A stretch of DNA of 64,000 bases, from assembly GCA_964344935.1 (NCBI GenBank), contig CAYFPL010000008.1, positions 76,754-140,753 on the forward strand. The letters are read 5' to 3'. Positions 21,836-31,786 of the stretch are shown piece after piece; position 1 is the stretch's first letter; each line of letters begins with the position of its first letter. This DNA is from an uncultured Rhodospirillaceae bacterium. GTDB taxonomy: Bacteria; Pseudomonadota; Alphaproteobacteria; GCA-2731375. The position numbers and the translations under genes are program-made. Under the pieces are notes generated by a model that saw only the letters and a program-made list of their open reading frames with translations, ran no database searches and had not been told where the DNA came from.

Positions 21836-22357
21836 ATGACCATGCGGCGCACAGCATTCATAACCTTGCTAGCCTGTCTAGCGGCAGGGATATTAAGCCT
21901 GTCGAACAGCCCCGCTCGCGCCGATTTTGATAGCGCAGTCGTGGCCTATGATTTCGGCAAGTTCGGCCCGGCGCGCGACGAGTTTCTCAGTCTGGCTCAA
22001 AAGGGTCATGCCGGGGCCGAGTTCATGCTCGGTGTCATGCGCTTTTATGGCAAAGGCGTGCGCCGCGACGATGCCTTAGCGGCGGTGTGGTTCCACAAGG
22101 CGGCGATCAAGGGCAATCCTACCGGGCAATTGGCCTTTGGTTCGCTGCACATTCGGGGACTGGGCGTACGCCAGGATCTCGTCAAGGCCTATGGTTGGCT
22201 GACAGTGGCGGCCAATCACGCCATACCGGGCCTGCAGCAACAGGCCATCAGTCTGCGCGATGAAGCTGCCCGCCTGATGCGACCGGATGAGATTGCTAAT
22301 GCGCAGCGCTGGGCCAGTGATTTCAAACCCAGACGTGCGGGCCTGACCCTGGACTAA
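21836..22357 (+). CDS. Sel1-like repeat (TPR-like) secreted protein
   Basis: Signal peptide MTMRRTAFITLLACLAAGILSLSNSPARA. Repeats of the GxAxAxFxLGxMY.G.GV..D type follow: AEFMLGVMRFYGKGVRRD, QLAFGSLHIRGLGVRQD. The track ORF starts at 21623. Confidence 0.7.
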   Translation: MTMRRTAFITLLACLAAGILSLSNSPARADFDSAVVAYDFGKFGPARDEFLSLAQKGHAGAEFMLGVMRFYGKGVRRDDALAAVWFHKAAIKGNPTGQLAFGSLHIRGLGVRQDLVKAYGWLTVAANHAIPGLQQQAISLRDEAARLMRPDEIANAQRWASDFKPRRAGLTLD

Positions 22358-22381
22358 TTTGATTCTGTAGGGAGATTTGGA

Positions 22382-23140
22382 ATGCGATTGCAGGATAAGG
22401 TCGCCATCGTGACCGGTGCCGGTGCGGGATTTGGCCGTGGCATCGCCGAACGATTTGCCGAAGAAGGCTGCAAGGTCATTGTCAACGACATCAATGCCCG
22501 TGACGGTGAAGCTGTGGCATCGGAAATCCGCGAAAAAGGTGGCGCAGCGGCCTATCAGGGTGCAGATGTTTCTTCCTCGAATGACATGGCGGCGCTGGTT
22601 GGTGCGGCGGTGACGGAGTTCGGCGGCCTGGACATCATGGTCAACAACGCCGGCGTGCCACAACGCAACATGCCCATGACGGAAGTGACGGAGGAGAGTT
22701 TCGACCTCATCTTCAATGTCAACGTTAAGAGCATCTATTGGGCAGCGATCCATGCCATACCGGAAATGCGCAAGCGGGGCGGCGGCGCCTTTGTCAATAC
22801 ATCCTCAACTGCCGCACTCAGCCCGCGCGCGGGCCTGGTCTGGTATAACGGCTCCAAGGGTGCGGTGAACACGATCACCAAAGGCATGGCGATCGAACTG
22901 GCTGGTGACCGAATCAGGGTCAACGCCATCTGTCCCGTGGCCGGCGAAACCCAGATGTTGGCGGAATTCGCCGGCGGCGAGGTCACGGCAGAAAAGCGGG
23001 AGATGTTCCTTGGTACCATCCCTTTGGGCCGCTTCAGCCAGCCTCTCGATATCGCCAATGCAGCGCTTTATCTTGCTTCCGACGAGGCTTCTATGGTCAC
23101 TGGTGTTTGCCTTGAAGTGGATGGCGGACGCTGCATTTGA
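22382..23140 (+). CDS. SDR-family oxidoreductase
   Basis: TGAGAGFG Rossmann motif and YNGSKGAV catalytic Y-x3-K motif. Confidence 0.85.
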   Translation: MRLQDKVAIVTGAGAGFGRGIAERFAEEGCKVIVNDINARDGEAVASEIREKGGAAAYQGADVSSSNDMAALVGAAVTEFGGLDIMVNNAGVPQRNMPMTEVTEESFDLIFNVNVKSIYWAAIHAIPEMRKRGGGAFVNTSSTAALSPRAGLVWYNGSKGAVNTITKGMAIELAGDRIRVNAICPVAGETQMLAEFAGGEVTAEKREMFLGTIPLGRFSQPLDIANAALYLASDEASMVTGVCLEVDGGRCI

Positions 23141-23254
23141 CGTTCATGTCCGTGGCCTCGGAATCTCGTGGCACCTAACCAAGAGAGTGGCTATATTGCG
23201 CCCGCCCGAAGGCGGGGGTGCCGGGCGATTCGTATTTGTTAGGAAAGCCGTCAA

Positions 23255-26200
23255 GTGCCCAAACGCACGGATATCAACAGCATCATGATCATCGGTGCCG
23301 GGCCTATCGTCATAGGTCAGGCCTGCGAATTTGACTATTCCGGTACCCAGGCCTGCAAGGCGCTTCGGGACGAGGGATACAGGGTTATTCTGGTCAATTC
23401 CAATCCGGCGACAATCATGACCGATCCGGATTTCGCCGAGGCTACCTATGTGGAGCCTATTACCCCGGAAATCGTCCGGAAGATCATTGCCAAGGAACGA
23501 CCCGACGCAGTGCTTCCGACCATGGGTGGGCAGACCGCCCTGAATACGGCGATGGCCCTTTTCGAGAATGGCACATTAGAGGAATTCGGCGTCGAGTTGA
23601 TCGGTGCCAAGCCCGACGCCATCAACATGGCCGAGGACCGCAGCCTGTTTCGCGAGGCCATGACCCGGATCGGCCTGGAAACGCCTAAAGCCGGTATTGC
23701 TCACGATATGGCGGAAGCCTGGGAAGCGCTGGAACATGTAGGGCTGCCCGCCATTATCCGCCCGTCCTTTACGCTGGGCGGCACCGGCGGCGGCATCGCC
23801 TATAACCGGGACGAATTCCAGTCAATCATCACGGGCGGCCTGGATGCCTCCCCCACCACCGAGGTGTTGATCGAGGAATCCGTGCTCGGCTGGAAAGAAT
23901 ACGAGATGGAGGTTGTACGCGATCACGCGGACAACTGCATCATCGTCTGTTCCATCGAGAACGTGGATCCCATGGGCATTCATACTGGTGACAGTGTCAC
24001 CGTTGCCCCGGCCCTGACGCTGACGGACAAGGAATATCAGATCCTGCGTAACGCCTCGATCGCCTGTCTGCGGGAAATCGGCGTCGACACCGGCGGTTCC
24101 AACGTGCAGTTCGCCTTGAACCCGGCGGACGGCCGGTTGGTGGTGATCGAGATGAACCCTAGGGTCTCCCGCTCCTCGGCATTGGCTTCCAAGGCGACCG
24201 GTTTCCCTATCGCCAAGGTCGCTGCTCGCCTGGCGGTAGGTTACACCCTGGATGAGTTGGATAACGACATTACCGGCGGCGTGATCCCTGCTTCGTTCGA
24301 ACCCACCATCGACTATGTGGTCACCAAGATCCCGCGCTTCACGTTCGAGAAGTTCCCATCCACCGATGCCCTTCTCACCACGTCGATGAAGTCGGTGGGC
24401 GAGGCCATGTCCGTGGGCCGTACTTTCACAGAGAGCCTGCAAAAGGCCCTCCGGTCCATGGAAACCGGCCTATCCGGCCTGGACGAAATCACCATTCCCG
24501 GCGTTGAGGAAGATAGGTCGGACGCCTTACGCAAGGCGCTGGGCCAGCCGGCGCCGGATCGCCTGCTGGTCGTTGCCCAAGCCCTGCGCCTGGGCATGGA
24601 GCGGGCGGAGATCGAACGCATCACCCGCATCGATCCATGGTTCGTCGGCCAAATCGCCGATCTGATCGAGGCAGAACAAAGTGTTGCCGCGAACGGTTTG
24701 CCGGATAGCGCGCGGGAGATACGGTCGTTGAAAGCCATGGGTTTCTCTGACCAGCGCCTGGCGGCTCTGACCGGGCTTGACCGGGTAGCGGTCACAGAGC
24801 ATCGCCATGGGCTGGATGTGCGGCCTGTCTATAAGCGCATCGACACCTGCGCCGCCGAGTTCGAAAGCCATACCCCCTATATGTACTCCGCCTACGAAGG
24901 CCTCAACGAACCGGCGGAGTGCGAAGCGCGGCCGACGGAACGGGAGAAAGTCATCATCCTGGGCGGTGGGCCTAACCGCATCGGCCAAGGCATCGAATTC
25001 GACTATTGCTGCGTCCATGCGGTGTTTGCCCTGCGGGAGGCCGGCTACGAAGCGATCATGGTGAACTGCAATCCGGAAACCGTCTCGACCGACTATGACA
25101 CCTCCGACCGTCTCTACTTCGAACCACTAACGGCCGAAGATGTGCTGGAGATCGTCCGTCTGGAACAAAGCAACGGTAATCTAAAAGGCGTTATCGTGCA
25201 GTTCGGCGGCCAAACGCCTTTGAAGCTGGCAGCGGAACTGGAGGCCGCCGGTGTCCTGATCCTTGGTACATCGCCCGACGCCATTGACCTGGCCGAGGAC
25301 CGTCATCGCTTCCAGGAACTGTTGCAGCACCTGAACCTCAAACAGCCGCCCAACGGTATTGCCACATCCGTTGCAGAGGCCCACGCGGTCGCCGAGCGGA
25401 TCGGCTATCCTGTGGTTGTGCGTCCCTCTTATGTCCTGGGCGGCCGGGCGATGGAAATCGTGCGCGACGACGCCCAACTAGATCGCTACATGAGCGAAGC
25501 GGTGAAAGTTTCCGGTGACAGCCCGGTATTGGTCGACGGTTATCTGCAGGACGCGATCGAGGTCGATCTTGATGCTTTGGCCGATGGCGACGATGTGGTG
25601 ATTGCAGGCATCATGGAGCATATCGAAGAGGCCGGCATTCATTCAGGTGATTCGGCCTGTTCGCTGCCGCCCTACACATTGAGTGACCATATCGTGGCCG
25701 AGATTGGTCGACAGGCGGACGCTCTCGCCCGCGGCCTTTCTGTGGTCGGCTTGATGAATGTGCAATTTGCCGTGCGTGGCGATGAGATTTTCATACTTGA
25801 AGTCAATCCCCGCGCTTCGCGTACCGTGCCTTTCGTCGCCAAGGCGGTCGGCCGGCCGATCGCCAAGGTGGCCGCCCGGGTGATGGCGGGCGAGAAGCTG
25901 GCCGATTTTGACCTGAACCTGGACCAACAAATGCACGTAGCAGTCAAGGAAGCGGTGTTCCCCTTCGCCCGCTTTCCCGGCGTCGATGTTCTGTTGGGCC
26001 CGGAAATGAAGTCGACGGGCGAGGTCATGGGTTTGGATAGCTCCTTCGCCGCCGCATTCGCAAAATCGCAGATCGCCGCGGGTACAGAGCTGCCAGATAC
26101 GGGCGCGGTATTCATCTCCGTCAAGGATAGGGATAAGCCTGCAGCCGCGGAACTGGCCCGTGAACTGTCAGCCATGGGGTTTGAGATCGTCGCCACCAAG

Positions 26201-26491
26201 GGCACGGCGAACTACCTGAGTGAACAGGATATTGCTCTCCAGCACGTGAACAAGGTCCTGGAGGGCCGGCCCCATATCGTCGATGCCATCACGAACGGTG
26301 AAATTGATCTGATTTTCAACACCACCGAAGGGGTCCAGGCCATCGCCGACAGTTTCACCCTTCGCCGGGCTGCCCTGACCAATCGGGTGCCCTATTACAC
26401 GACGATTTCAGGCGCTAAATCGGCAATGCAGGCCATCGGACATTTAATGCATCGGGGCCTTGATGTTGCCCCACTGCAATCTTACTTTTAG
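23255..26491 (+). CDS. carB: Carbamoyl-phosphate synthase large subunit
   Basis: 1078-aa protein with duplicated ATP-grasp halves. The N-terminus [38 protein letters not shown] is a canonical CarB start. Confidence 0.95.
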   Translation: MPKRTDINSIMIIGAGPIVIGQACEFDYSGTQACKALRDEGYRVILVNSNPATIMTDPDFAEATYVEPITPEIVRKIIAKERPDAVLPTMGGQTALNTAMALFENGTLEEFGVELIGAKPDAINMAEDRSLFREAMTRIGLETPKAGIAHDMAEAWEALEHVGLPAIIRPSFTLGGTGGGIAYNRDEFQSIITGGLDASPTTEVLIEESVLGWKEYEMEVVRDHADNCIIVCSIENVDPMGIHTGDSVTVAPALTLTDKEYQILRNASIACLREIGVDTGGSNVQFALNPADGRLVVIEMNPRVSRSSALASKATGFPIAKVAARLAVGYTLDELDNDITGGVIPASFEPTIDYVVTKIPRFTFEKFPSTDALLTTSMKSVGEAMSVGRTFTESLQKALRSMETGLSGLDEITIPGVEEDRSDALRKALGQPAPDRLLVVAQALRLGMERAEIERITRIDPWFVGQIADLIEAEQSVAANGLPDSAREIRSLKAMGFSDQRLAALTGLDRVAVTEHRHGLDVRPVYKRIDTCAAEFESHTPYMYSAYEGLNEPAECEARPTEREKVIILGGGPNRIGQGIEFDYCCVHAVFALREAGYEAIMVNCNPETVSTDYDTSDRLYFEPLTAEDVLEIVRLEQSNGNLKGVIVQFGGQTPLKLAAELEAAGVLILGTSPDAIDLAEDRHRFQELLQHLNLKQPPNGIATSVAEAHAVAERIGYPVVVRPSYVLGGRAMEIVRDDAQLDRYMSEAVKVSGDSPVLVDGYLQDAIEVDLDALADGDDVVIAGIMEHIEEAGIHSGDSACSLPPYTLSDHIVAEIGRQADALARGLSVVGLMNVQFAVRGDEIFILEVNPRASRTVPFVAKAVGRPIAKVAARVMAGEKLADFDLNLDQQMHVAVKEAVFPFARFPGVDVLLGPEMKSTGEVMGLDSSFAAAFAKSQIAAGTELPDTGAVFISVKDRDKPAAAELARELSAMGFEIVATKGTANYLSEQDIALQHVNKVLEGRPHIVDAITNGEIDLIFNTTEGVQAIADSFTLRRAALTNRVPYYTTISGAKSAMQAIGHLMHRGLDVAPLQSYF

Positions 26492-26563
26492 TCTTCTGAA
26501 ATCGATCGGTTCAAATGATCTAATCCGTAATACTCTGACTAACAAAAGGCGTGCGAACGGCAG

Positions 26564-27037
26564 ATGGAAAAGGTGCCCATGACCCGTTCGGGTTTCACCC
26601 GGATGGAAGAGGAATTGAAAAGGCTGAAGGGCGTGGAGCGCCCTGCCGTCATTCGTGCTCTGGAAGAGGCGCGCGCCCACGGCGATCTGTCAGAGAATGC
26701 GGAATACCATGCCGCAAAGGAACGCCAAGCTTTCATCGAAAGCCGGGTCGCGGAACTCGACAGCAAGGTTAGCCGAGCACAGATAATCGACACCTCCGCC
26801 ATGTCCGGCAAGACGGTGAAATTTGGCGCCACGGTAACGGTGGTTGACGAAGATGACGATTCGGAAATGAAGTTCCAAATCGTTGGCGAAGATGAAGCCG
26901 ACATCAAGGAAAAGCGCCTTTCGGTCGGCTCCCCTTTGGCCCGCGCCCTGATCGGCAAACAGGTCGGCGACGAAGTCGAAGTCGCCACCCCATCAGGCGG
27001 CAAATTCTACGAGCTCCTGAAAATCCAGTACCTCTAA
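26564..27037 (+). CDS. greA: Transcription elongation factor GreA
   Basis: MEKVPMTRSGFTRMEEELKRLK...HGDLSENAEYHAAKERQ, a 157-aa GreA/GreB-family protein. Confidence 0.9.
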   Translation: MEKVPMTRSGFTRMEEELKRLKGVERPAVIRALEEARAHGDLSENAEYHAAKERQAFIESRVAELDSKVSRAQIIDTSAMSGKTVKFGATVTVVDEDDDSEMKFQIVGEDEADIKEKRLSVGSPLARALIGKQVGDEVEVATPSGGKFYELLKIQYL

Positions 27038-27459
27038 CCGCCAGCCCGGCTCGGCCGGCTGACGATCCATATCGCGACGCTTGCTAAAATGGCCCCTACC
27101 AAACTTGGCACCAGCCAACCGTCGTTCGTAACCGCAACATAGACGAACGATCCCGCCATCATCGTTATGGCGAGAAGCTTGGCCTTGATCGGGATGACGC
27201 GATATCGCCGCCAATCGCGCAAGGTGCGACCGAAGCGGGGATGGTGATACAGCCAATCGTGAAAGCGTTCCGAAGAATGGGAAAAGGCCCAGATCGCGAT
27301 CAATAGGAAAACGGTTCCTGGAAGCAGCGGCAGCAGCAGGCCCGCAATCCCGACAATCGTACACACCACGCCCAGCACCAACATGATATGGCGGACGGCC
27401 CTGCTGGGTGCCGGCGGTAGGGAGCCTGTGGCGTCGTCCTCGATTGTCATGCCTCCGAT
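27034..27459 (-). CDS. DUF454 (YbaN-family) inner-membrane protein
   Basis: The HIMLVLGVVCTIVGIAGLLLPLLPGTVFLLIAIWAFSHSSERFHDWL block matches YbaN. The track ORF extends to 27672; the likely start is MIGGMTIED. Confidence 0.65.
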   Translation of the reverse strand: MGGMTIEDDATGSLPPAPSRAVRHIMLVLGVVCTIVGIAGLLLPLLPGTVFLLIAIWAFSHSSERFHDWLYHHPRFGRTLRDWRRYRVIPIKAKLLAITMMAGSFVYVAVTNDGWLVPSLVGAILASVAIWIVSRPSRAGG

Positions 27460-27566
27460 CATGGCAGGCCGTCGGAAATACTTGGTGACAGCCCAACTAA
27501 CAACGAGCTTTGGAATTCCGCAAGGGAATGTCGGATAATGACACCCGGAAAGACAGTGGATGAGAA

Positions 27567-27749
27567 ATGGGTATGGTGGCTGACGGCACCGGGATATGGG
27601 AATGCCTTTCGTGCGGCCATCATTATGACCCGGCCGTTGGCGCGCCGGAGGATGGTATTCCGCCCGGCACACCCTTCGCGGACTTGCCAGAAGATTGGAC
27701 CTGTCCGGAATGCGGCGTGCATAAAGGCAACTTCGCGCCCTTGCGCTGA
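27567..27749 (+). CDS. Rubredoxin
   Basis: [12 protein letters not shown]...[27 protein letters not shown] carries both the CxxCG and CPxCG iron-binding knuckles at the spacing of a ~54-aa rubredoxin. Confidence 0.85.
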   Translation: MGMVADGTGIWECLSCGHHYDPAVGAPEDGIPPGTPFADLPEDWTCPECGVHKGNFAPLR

Positions 27750-27933
27750 ATGAAGTTCGAGCAAACGGAACGGCAAACGATTTGTCGGATGCCTCGCTCT
27801 CCGATGAATATTTTTTGTGTCTGCATTAAACACGAATAGATAGACTATCGTCTCAAGGCCAATTCCAACTCATTATGTGGACGGTGGATTGGTCGCCTAC
27901 TCTTGTATCTGTAGCCGTAGATTGGCGTGGGGT

Positions 27934-29580
27934 ATGAGAAAACATTTCTGTTGTGGGCTATTCGCTGCGATCATGTTGGTTGCCCCGCCATCGGGAAGCC
28001 TACACGCCGCCGCACCAGTTCAGTCAGCCGTTACACTTGAGACATTGGCAGATCGCATAGCGCGACTGAAAGGGCTGTCCAACCCAAATATTGGTCTCGC
28101 TGAATCTCAAGTAATTCAATGGGCAACCTACCGTTGGACGCGCCGGCTGCTGGAGCGCGAACGCTATACCCATCCCGATATCGTCTTGTATTGGGTCAGG
28201 CGCAGCCGGGTGGCACGTTTTGCCTCTGACACCAATAAATTGGTTGAAAAGCTGCGGCCGGGCTCCGACTTCGCCGCTCATCTCAAACAGGCCACCGACA
28301 AGTACCGTGAGATGGAAAAAATGGCGGAAGTGACCCGCTACCACTCGGATATCAATCACGCCGATAAAACGAGACTTCTGAAAACTTTCAAAGACCCTCG
28401 GCACCGTCGGCTGGTACAGGGGTTGGTGCAGTCGTTGCTGGATGATCTAGGGGAACTTGACCCGGAAACCAACGATAGCTGGCGGCCGTTCTATGAATAT
28501 CTCCATGGGGATATCTTCGACCATGAGCATTGGGCAGAGGGCGAACTCAATAAGGATCTCAAGGTCCAAAAGGACATGGCACAGGTCTTTCTCGATGGAT
28601 TGTATGAAGAGGGACGGCTGGATGTAGTGTCGAAGCATGAAGTCTCTGCGCTTATGAGGTTCGATGCAGAGGAGGCCAGCTACCTGGGCGCGTTGTTCAT
28701 GACCGGACTGGGGCCGCAGGACACACCGCGAAAGGCGTTGGCTTCTGCGTATCTGGACTATGTCATGGCATTTGATTCCTGGCTGACGGACATGATTACC
28801 CGGCCCAATGTTATTCAGTCCGACCGTCATCTTGATGATTTGTGCACGGTTTTTCCTTGCCAGATAAGTCTGCGCCGCCGCGCCGCCTGGCTTCGACACG
28901 GCTATCAGATATTGGCGGTTGACCTGCTGTCGACCCTTCCCGACCGCATCATCGACGGTCAGGCGTTCTCTCGTCGATTGAACGACGAGGAACAGGAACA
29001 GATGCGCCATACCCGCGAACGCCTAAAGGAATTTGCGGAAGATTGGCGGCGAAACGGAAAGTTGGCGAGCCCACTGTTTGCTGTTGTCCTGCCCGGTCCA
29101 AACGACACCATCGATTGGCAATGGGGCGGCTGGTTGGCCTGGGAATGGGTAACGGACAAGGAGGTCAAGGACTGGCGCAGAACGGGACGCGTGGTGGACG
29201 CGTTTGATATGGTCTGGCTGCTGCCGGCCGACGCCGTGGGGCGAGTCCCCGATCGTTTCGAGGCATTGCTGGAAATGGGAGCCAAACAGGTCATTTTGGC
29301 GTTGTCGCCCTGGATTCTCGATATGAAGGCAGCACTTGAATGGCCGTCTGGGCCTCTGCTGGAACTGCACAGGCGCGGCTATTTCCTGGGTATTGAAAGG
29401 TCTGGATGCTACGACGATCCCATGTTGTGCTGGATTGATTATGATCCCAATAAAGGCGACCTCGGCGCGGTGTCCAGACGGGTGTGCGATATCTATCGCA
29501 ATCACGGATATCGAAAATTCACAGTTAGTTTTGCGCCCGGATGGGGCAAACCCGCGCAACAATTGACCTGCGCGGATTGA
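27934..29580 (+). CDS. Secreted hypothetical protein, operon gene 1
   Basis: Signal peptide MRKHFCCGLFAAIMLVAPPSGSLHAAAP. The ~549-aa protein has no recognisable domain. It is preceded by an AT-rich promoter-like region. The track ORF starts at 27877. Confidence 0.55.
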   Translation: MRKHFCCGLFAAIMLVAPPSGSLHAAAPVQSAVTLETLADRIARLKGLSNPNIGLAESQVIQWATYRWTRRLLERERYTHPDIVLYWVRRSRVARFASDTNKLVEKLRPGSDFAAHLKQATDKYREMEKMAEVTRYHSDINHADKTRLLKTFKDPRHRRLVQGLVQSLLDDLGELDPETNDSWRPFYEYLHGDIFDHEHWAEGELNKDLKVQKDMAQVFLDGLYEEGRLDVVSKHEVSALMRFDAEEASYLGALFMTGLGPQDTPRKALASAYLDYVMAFDSWLTDMITRPNVIQSDRHLDDLCTVFPCQISLRRRAAWLRHGYQILAVDLLSTLPDRIIDGQAFSRRLNDEEQEQMRHTRERLKEFAEDWRRNGKLASPLFAVVLPGPNDTIDWQWGGWLAWEWVTDKEVKDWRRTGRVVDAFDMVWLLPADAVGRVPDRFEALLEMGAKQVILALSPWILDMKAALEWPSGPLLELHRRGYFLGIERSGCYDDPMLCWIDYDPNKGDLGAVSRRVCDIYRNHGYRKFTVSFAPGWGKPAQQLTCAD

Positions 29581-29589
29581 GCGGCGCCA

Positions 29590-30786
29590 ATGGTGAAGAC
29601 ACATCTGATTGCCCTGCTGTTGACCGGTTTCATTGTCGGCCTGGTGTCGGCAGCGGGAAGTGCCATACCAGCGCGGGCGGATCAGGTTATTCATACCGGC
29701 CCGTTCGAATTGGCGGCGAATTACGAAAAGAGAAAGCCGCGGGTATTTTCCAGAAAAGGAAAAGTGAAGCCCCGCCAGGATCCGCGGATAGATCTCGATC
29801 TTGGTCGAATGAAGTTGACCCAAGGCAAGGAAGCCGAAGCACTGCCGCTGCTGCAACGCGCTGCCGCCGCCATGCCGGAGCGAGCAGAACCTTACCGGCT
29901 TCTCGGTGTCACGCATTTCAAGGCGGGACGCTATGGCGAAGCGATTGTCCCATTGCGTCATGCCCTACTTGTGGCAAGGGACATCGACCCTTCCCTCGCC
30001 CGTGCGCTAGGTATCGCTTACGTCGTGATGGGCGAGTTTGCAAAAGCCGTGACAGTGTTCCAATTGGGTTTGGAAGAAGGCCGCGTCACACCCAATTTGG
30101 AAATGGAACCTCGCTGGCTCGCCGAATGGCTGATCGCAGCAACATTCGCGACCGGCGACAACGATGACGCCAAGGCCGCCCGGCGGCGCTGGTCATCGCA
30201 ACTGCATGAGGCGGATGACGTCGCGAGTGTTTCCAGTTCGCGGCTGTGTGACGCGGCTGACATGGCGTATGAAAATAGTGTTCGCTACGGCGCGTTGCGT
30301 GGATATACCGTCTGCCTTTCTGCGCTGAAGCGGCATTGGTTTAAGGTTGGCGGCGAACGACGCAAGCGAACCCGTGAAAAGGCCGATCAGGTCCTTGAGA
30401 AAATTGTCCGGCTCTATCGGGAAATCCCTCTAAGACCCGCATTGCCCCCGGCGGCCTATGAGCTTGCCGAGAAAGCCGCAACGGCTGTCAACAGTGGCAA
30501 TGTCGGTGATGCCCAATGGTATTACCGGCGGGCGCTGGAAGAAGCCCCGTGGTGGGCGGACGGCTATTTCAATGCGGCTTTGGTCGACGCCGTGGCGTGG
30601 AGCGAGGCCACGGCCATCGATACCATGAAGGTCTATCTGCGCCTCGAACCGGGAGGTAGGTTTGCCCAGAGAGCACATCAAAAGATAGCCTTGTGGACGC
30701 AGCGGTTAGATGGCCTGATTGCCCGCGGCGCCCATGTCGATGAAGAGTCCGGTCTGGTGATGACCCCGGATAACGAGGAATGGTGA
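29590..30786 (+). CDS. Secreted TPR-like hypothetical protein, operon gene 2
   Basis: Signal peptide MVKTHLIALLLTGFIVGLVSAAGSAIPARA, with TPR-like helices (AEPYRLLGVTHFKAGRYGEAIVPLRHALLV). Starts 10 nt after the gene 1 stop. Confidence 0.55.
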   Translation: MVKTHLIALLLTGFIVGLVSAAGSAIPARADQVIHTGPFELAANYEKRKPRVFSRKGKVKPRQDPRIDLDLGRMKLTQGKEAEALPLLQRAAAAMPERAEPYRLLGVTHFKAGRYGEAIVPLRHALLVARDIDPSLARALGIAYVVMGEFAKAVTVFQLGLEEGRVTPNLEMEPRWLAEWLIAATFATGDNDDAKAARRRWSSQLHEADDVASVSSSRLCDAADMAYENSVRYGALRGYTVCLSALKRHWFKVGGERRKRTREKADQVLEKIVRLYREIPLRPALPPAAYELAEKAATAVNSGNVGDAQWYYRRALEEAPWWADGYFNAALVDAVAWSEATAIDTMKVYLRLEPGGRFAQRAHQKIALWTQRLDGLIARGAHVDEESGLVMTPDNEEW

Positions 30787-30787
30787 C

Positions 30788-31786
30788 ATGAGGTGGTCTC
30801 GCATCATATCGCCCTTGCTGCGTGCGCCGGTGCTGGTCGTCGGGCTATTGCTTTTTGGTGGTTCGCTATCTTCGGCCTTGGCTGGTTTTTCGATCAGTTG
30901 TGGGAAATGTTGTATCTGTGCCGCCTGTTGTGCTAGCGGTGGTAGTAGCAGTAGTGGCAGTAGCGGCGGCAGTTTCTGGAGTCCGCCGCCCGATGCCAGT
31001 CACCTCCGGCCGGCAAAACCGAAGCCACCCCGCAGAAGCAAGGCCACCCGCGCCTATGAAAAGACCGTAGCCGCTGAAAAATTGAACCTTCCGGCCGAGA
31101 TCATTCCCCTGGCCGCACGGGTCCCCGGCAGAGACATACCGCTCGAGGATGAAACCAGCGCCGACATCACACGCAAATCCCTGCATTTTCGCTGGGGCCG
31201 TCCAGATTTTGGAAACAGTCCATACGCATCTTTGGCCTTTGCACCTGAAGGTCAGTTCCTGGCCGCGGAAAAACAAGACAAGAGGCTGCACCAGTCTCTT
31301 TCCATATTGGCGACGGCTTCGCAGTGGCAAGATCGAGTGTCTTCGACAAGTCCCGAAGACAGCCATTTTCTTGCAAGTGAAGCAGCGTTCGCCATGCTGG
31401 GGATGAATCTCAGGGTGAGTGTAGAGGCCGATGACAAACCGTTGTACGGCGTGCCGCAATCCGCCTTTGAAGAATTCAGGAGGTGGATTAGCGAAGCTAG
31501 AAACGCTGAACGTCAATTGGATGCTTTCAAGCAAGGTTATGAAGCCGCCCTCATTCAATTGGCAGAAAAAAAGAAACGGGTAAGCGGAGATTGTCTCGCC
31601 GATAACCGTTGCTCTGGCCCAAACGAGGTCAATGTCATGCAGGAGATCAGTGAAGCCTCCAAACGCCTCCAGATCCAGTTACAGACGATCAACCGTCAGA
31701 ACGATTTCATTGAGGAACGAAAACGCGAGATCAACGACAAGATCCGTTACTACGTCGAGCTTTTGCCGAATCAGAGAGACCAATGA
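30788..31786 (+). CDS. Secreted hypothetical protein with an N-terminal Cys cluster, Gly/Ser linker and C-terminal coiled coil, operon gene 3
   Basis: Signal/TM segment, then SCGKCCICAACCASGGSSSSGSSGGS. The C-terminal region is coiled-coil-like (KRLQIQLQTINRQNDFIEERKREINDKIRYY). The start lies 2 nt after the gene 2 stop. Confidence 0.55.
   Translation: MRWSRIISPLLRAPVLVVGLLLFGGSLSSALAGFSISCGKCCICAACCASGGSSSSGSSGGSFWSPPPDASHLRPAKPKPPRRSKATRAYEKTVAAEKLNLPAEIIPLAARVPGRDIPLEDETSADITRKSLHFRWGRPDFGNSPYASLAFAPEGQFLAAEKQDKRLHQSLSILATASQWQDRVSSTSPEDSHFLASEAAFAMLGMNLRVSVEADDKPLYGVPQSAFEEFRRWISEARNAERQLDAFKQGYEAALIQLAEKKKRVSGDCLADNRCSGPNEVNVMQEISEASKRLQIQLQTINRQNDFIEERKREINDKIRYYVELLPNQRDQ

Noticed and set aside
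24313-25018. Several 160-200-aa minus-strand ORFs inside carB
   Set aside because: carB is an unambiguous 1078-aa CDS. The internal antisense ORFs are artefacts.
27038-27060. Possible bidirectional terminator hairpin between convergent greA and the ybaN-like gene
   Set aside because: The stem (CAGCCCGGC...GCCGGCTG) is imperfect and has no T-tract. Too weak to call as a feature.
27459-27833. 124-aa minus-strand ORF overlapping the rubredoxin locus
   Set aside because: The plus-strand 60-aa frame encodes an unmistakable rubredoxin (CxxCG...CPxCG). The minus ORF is featureless.
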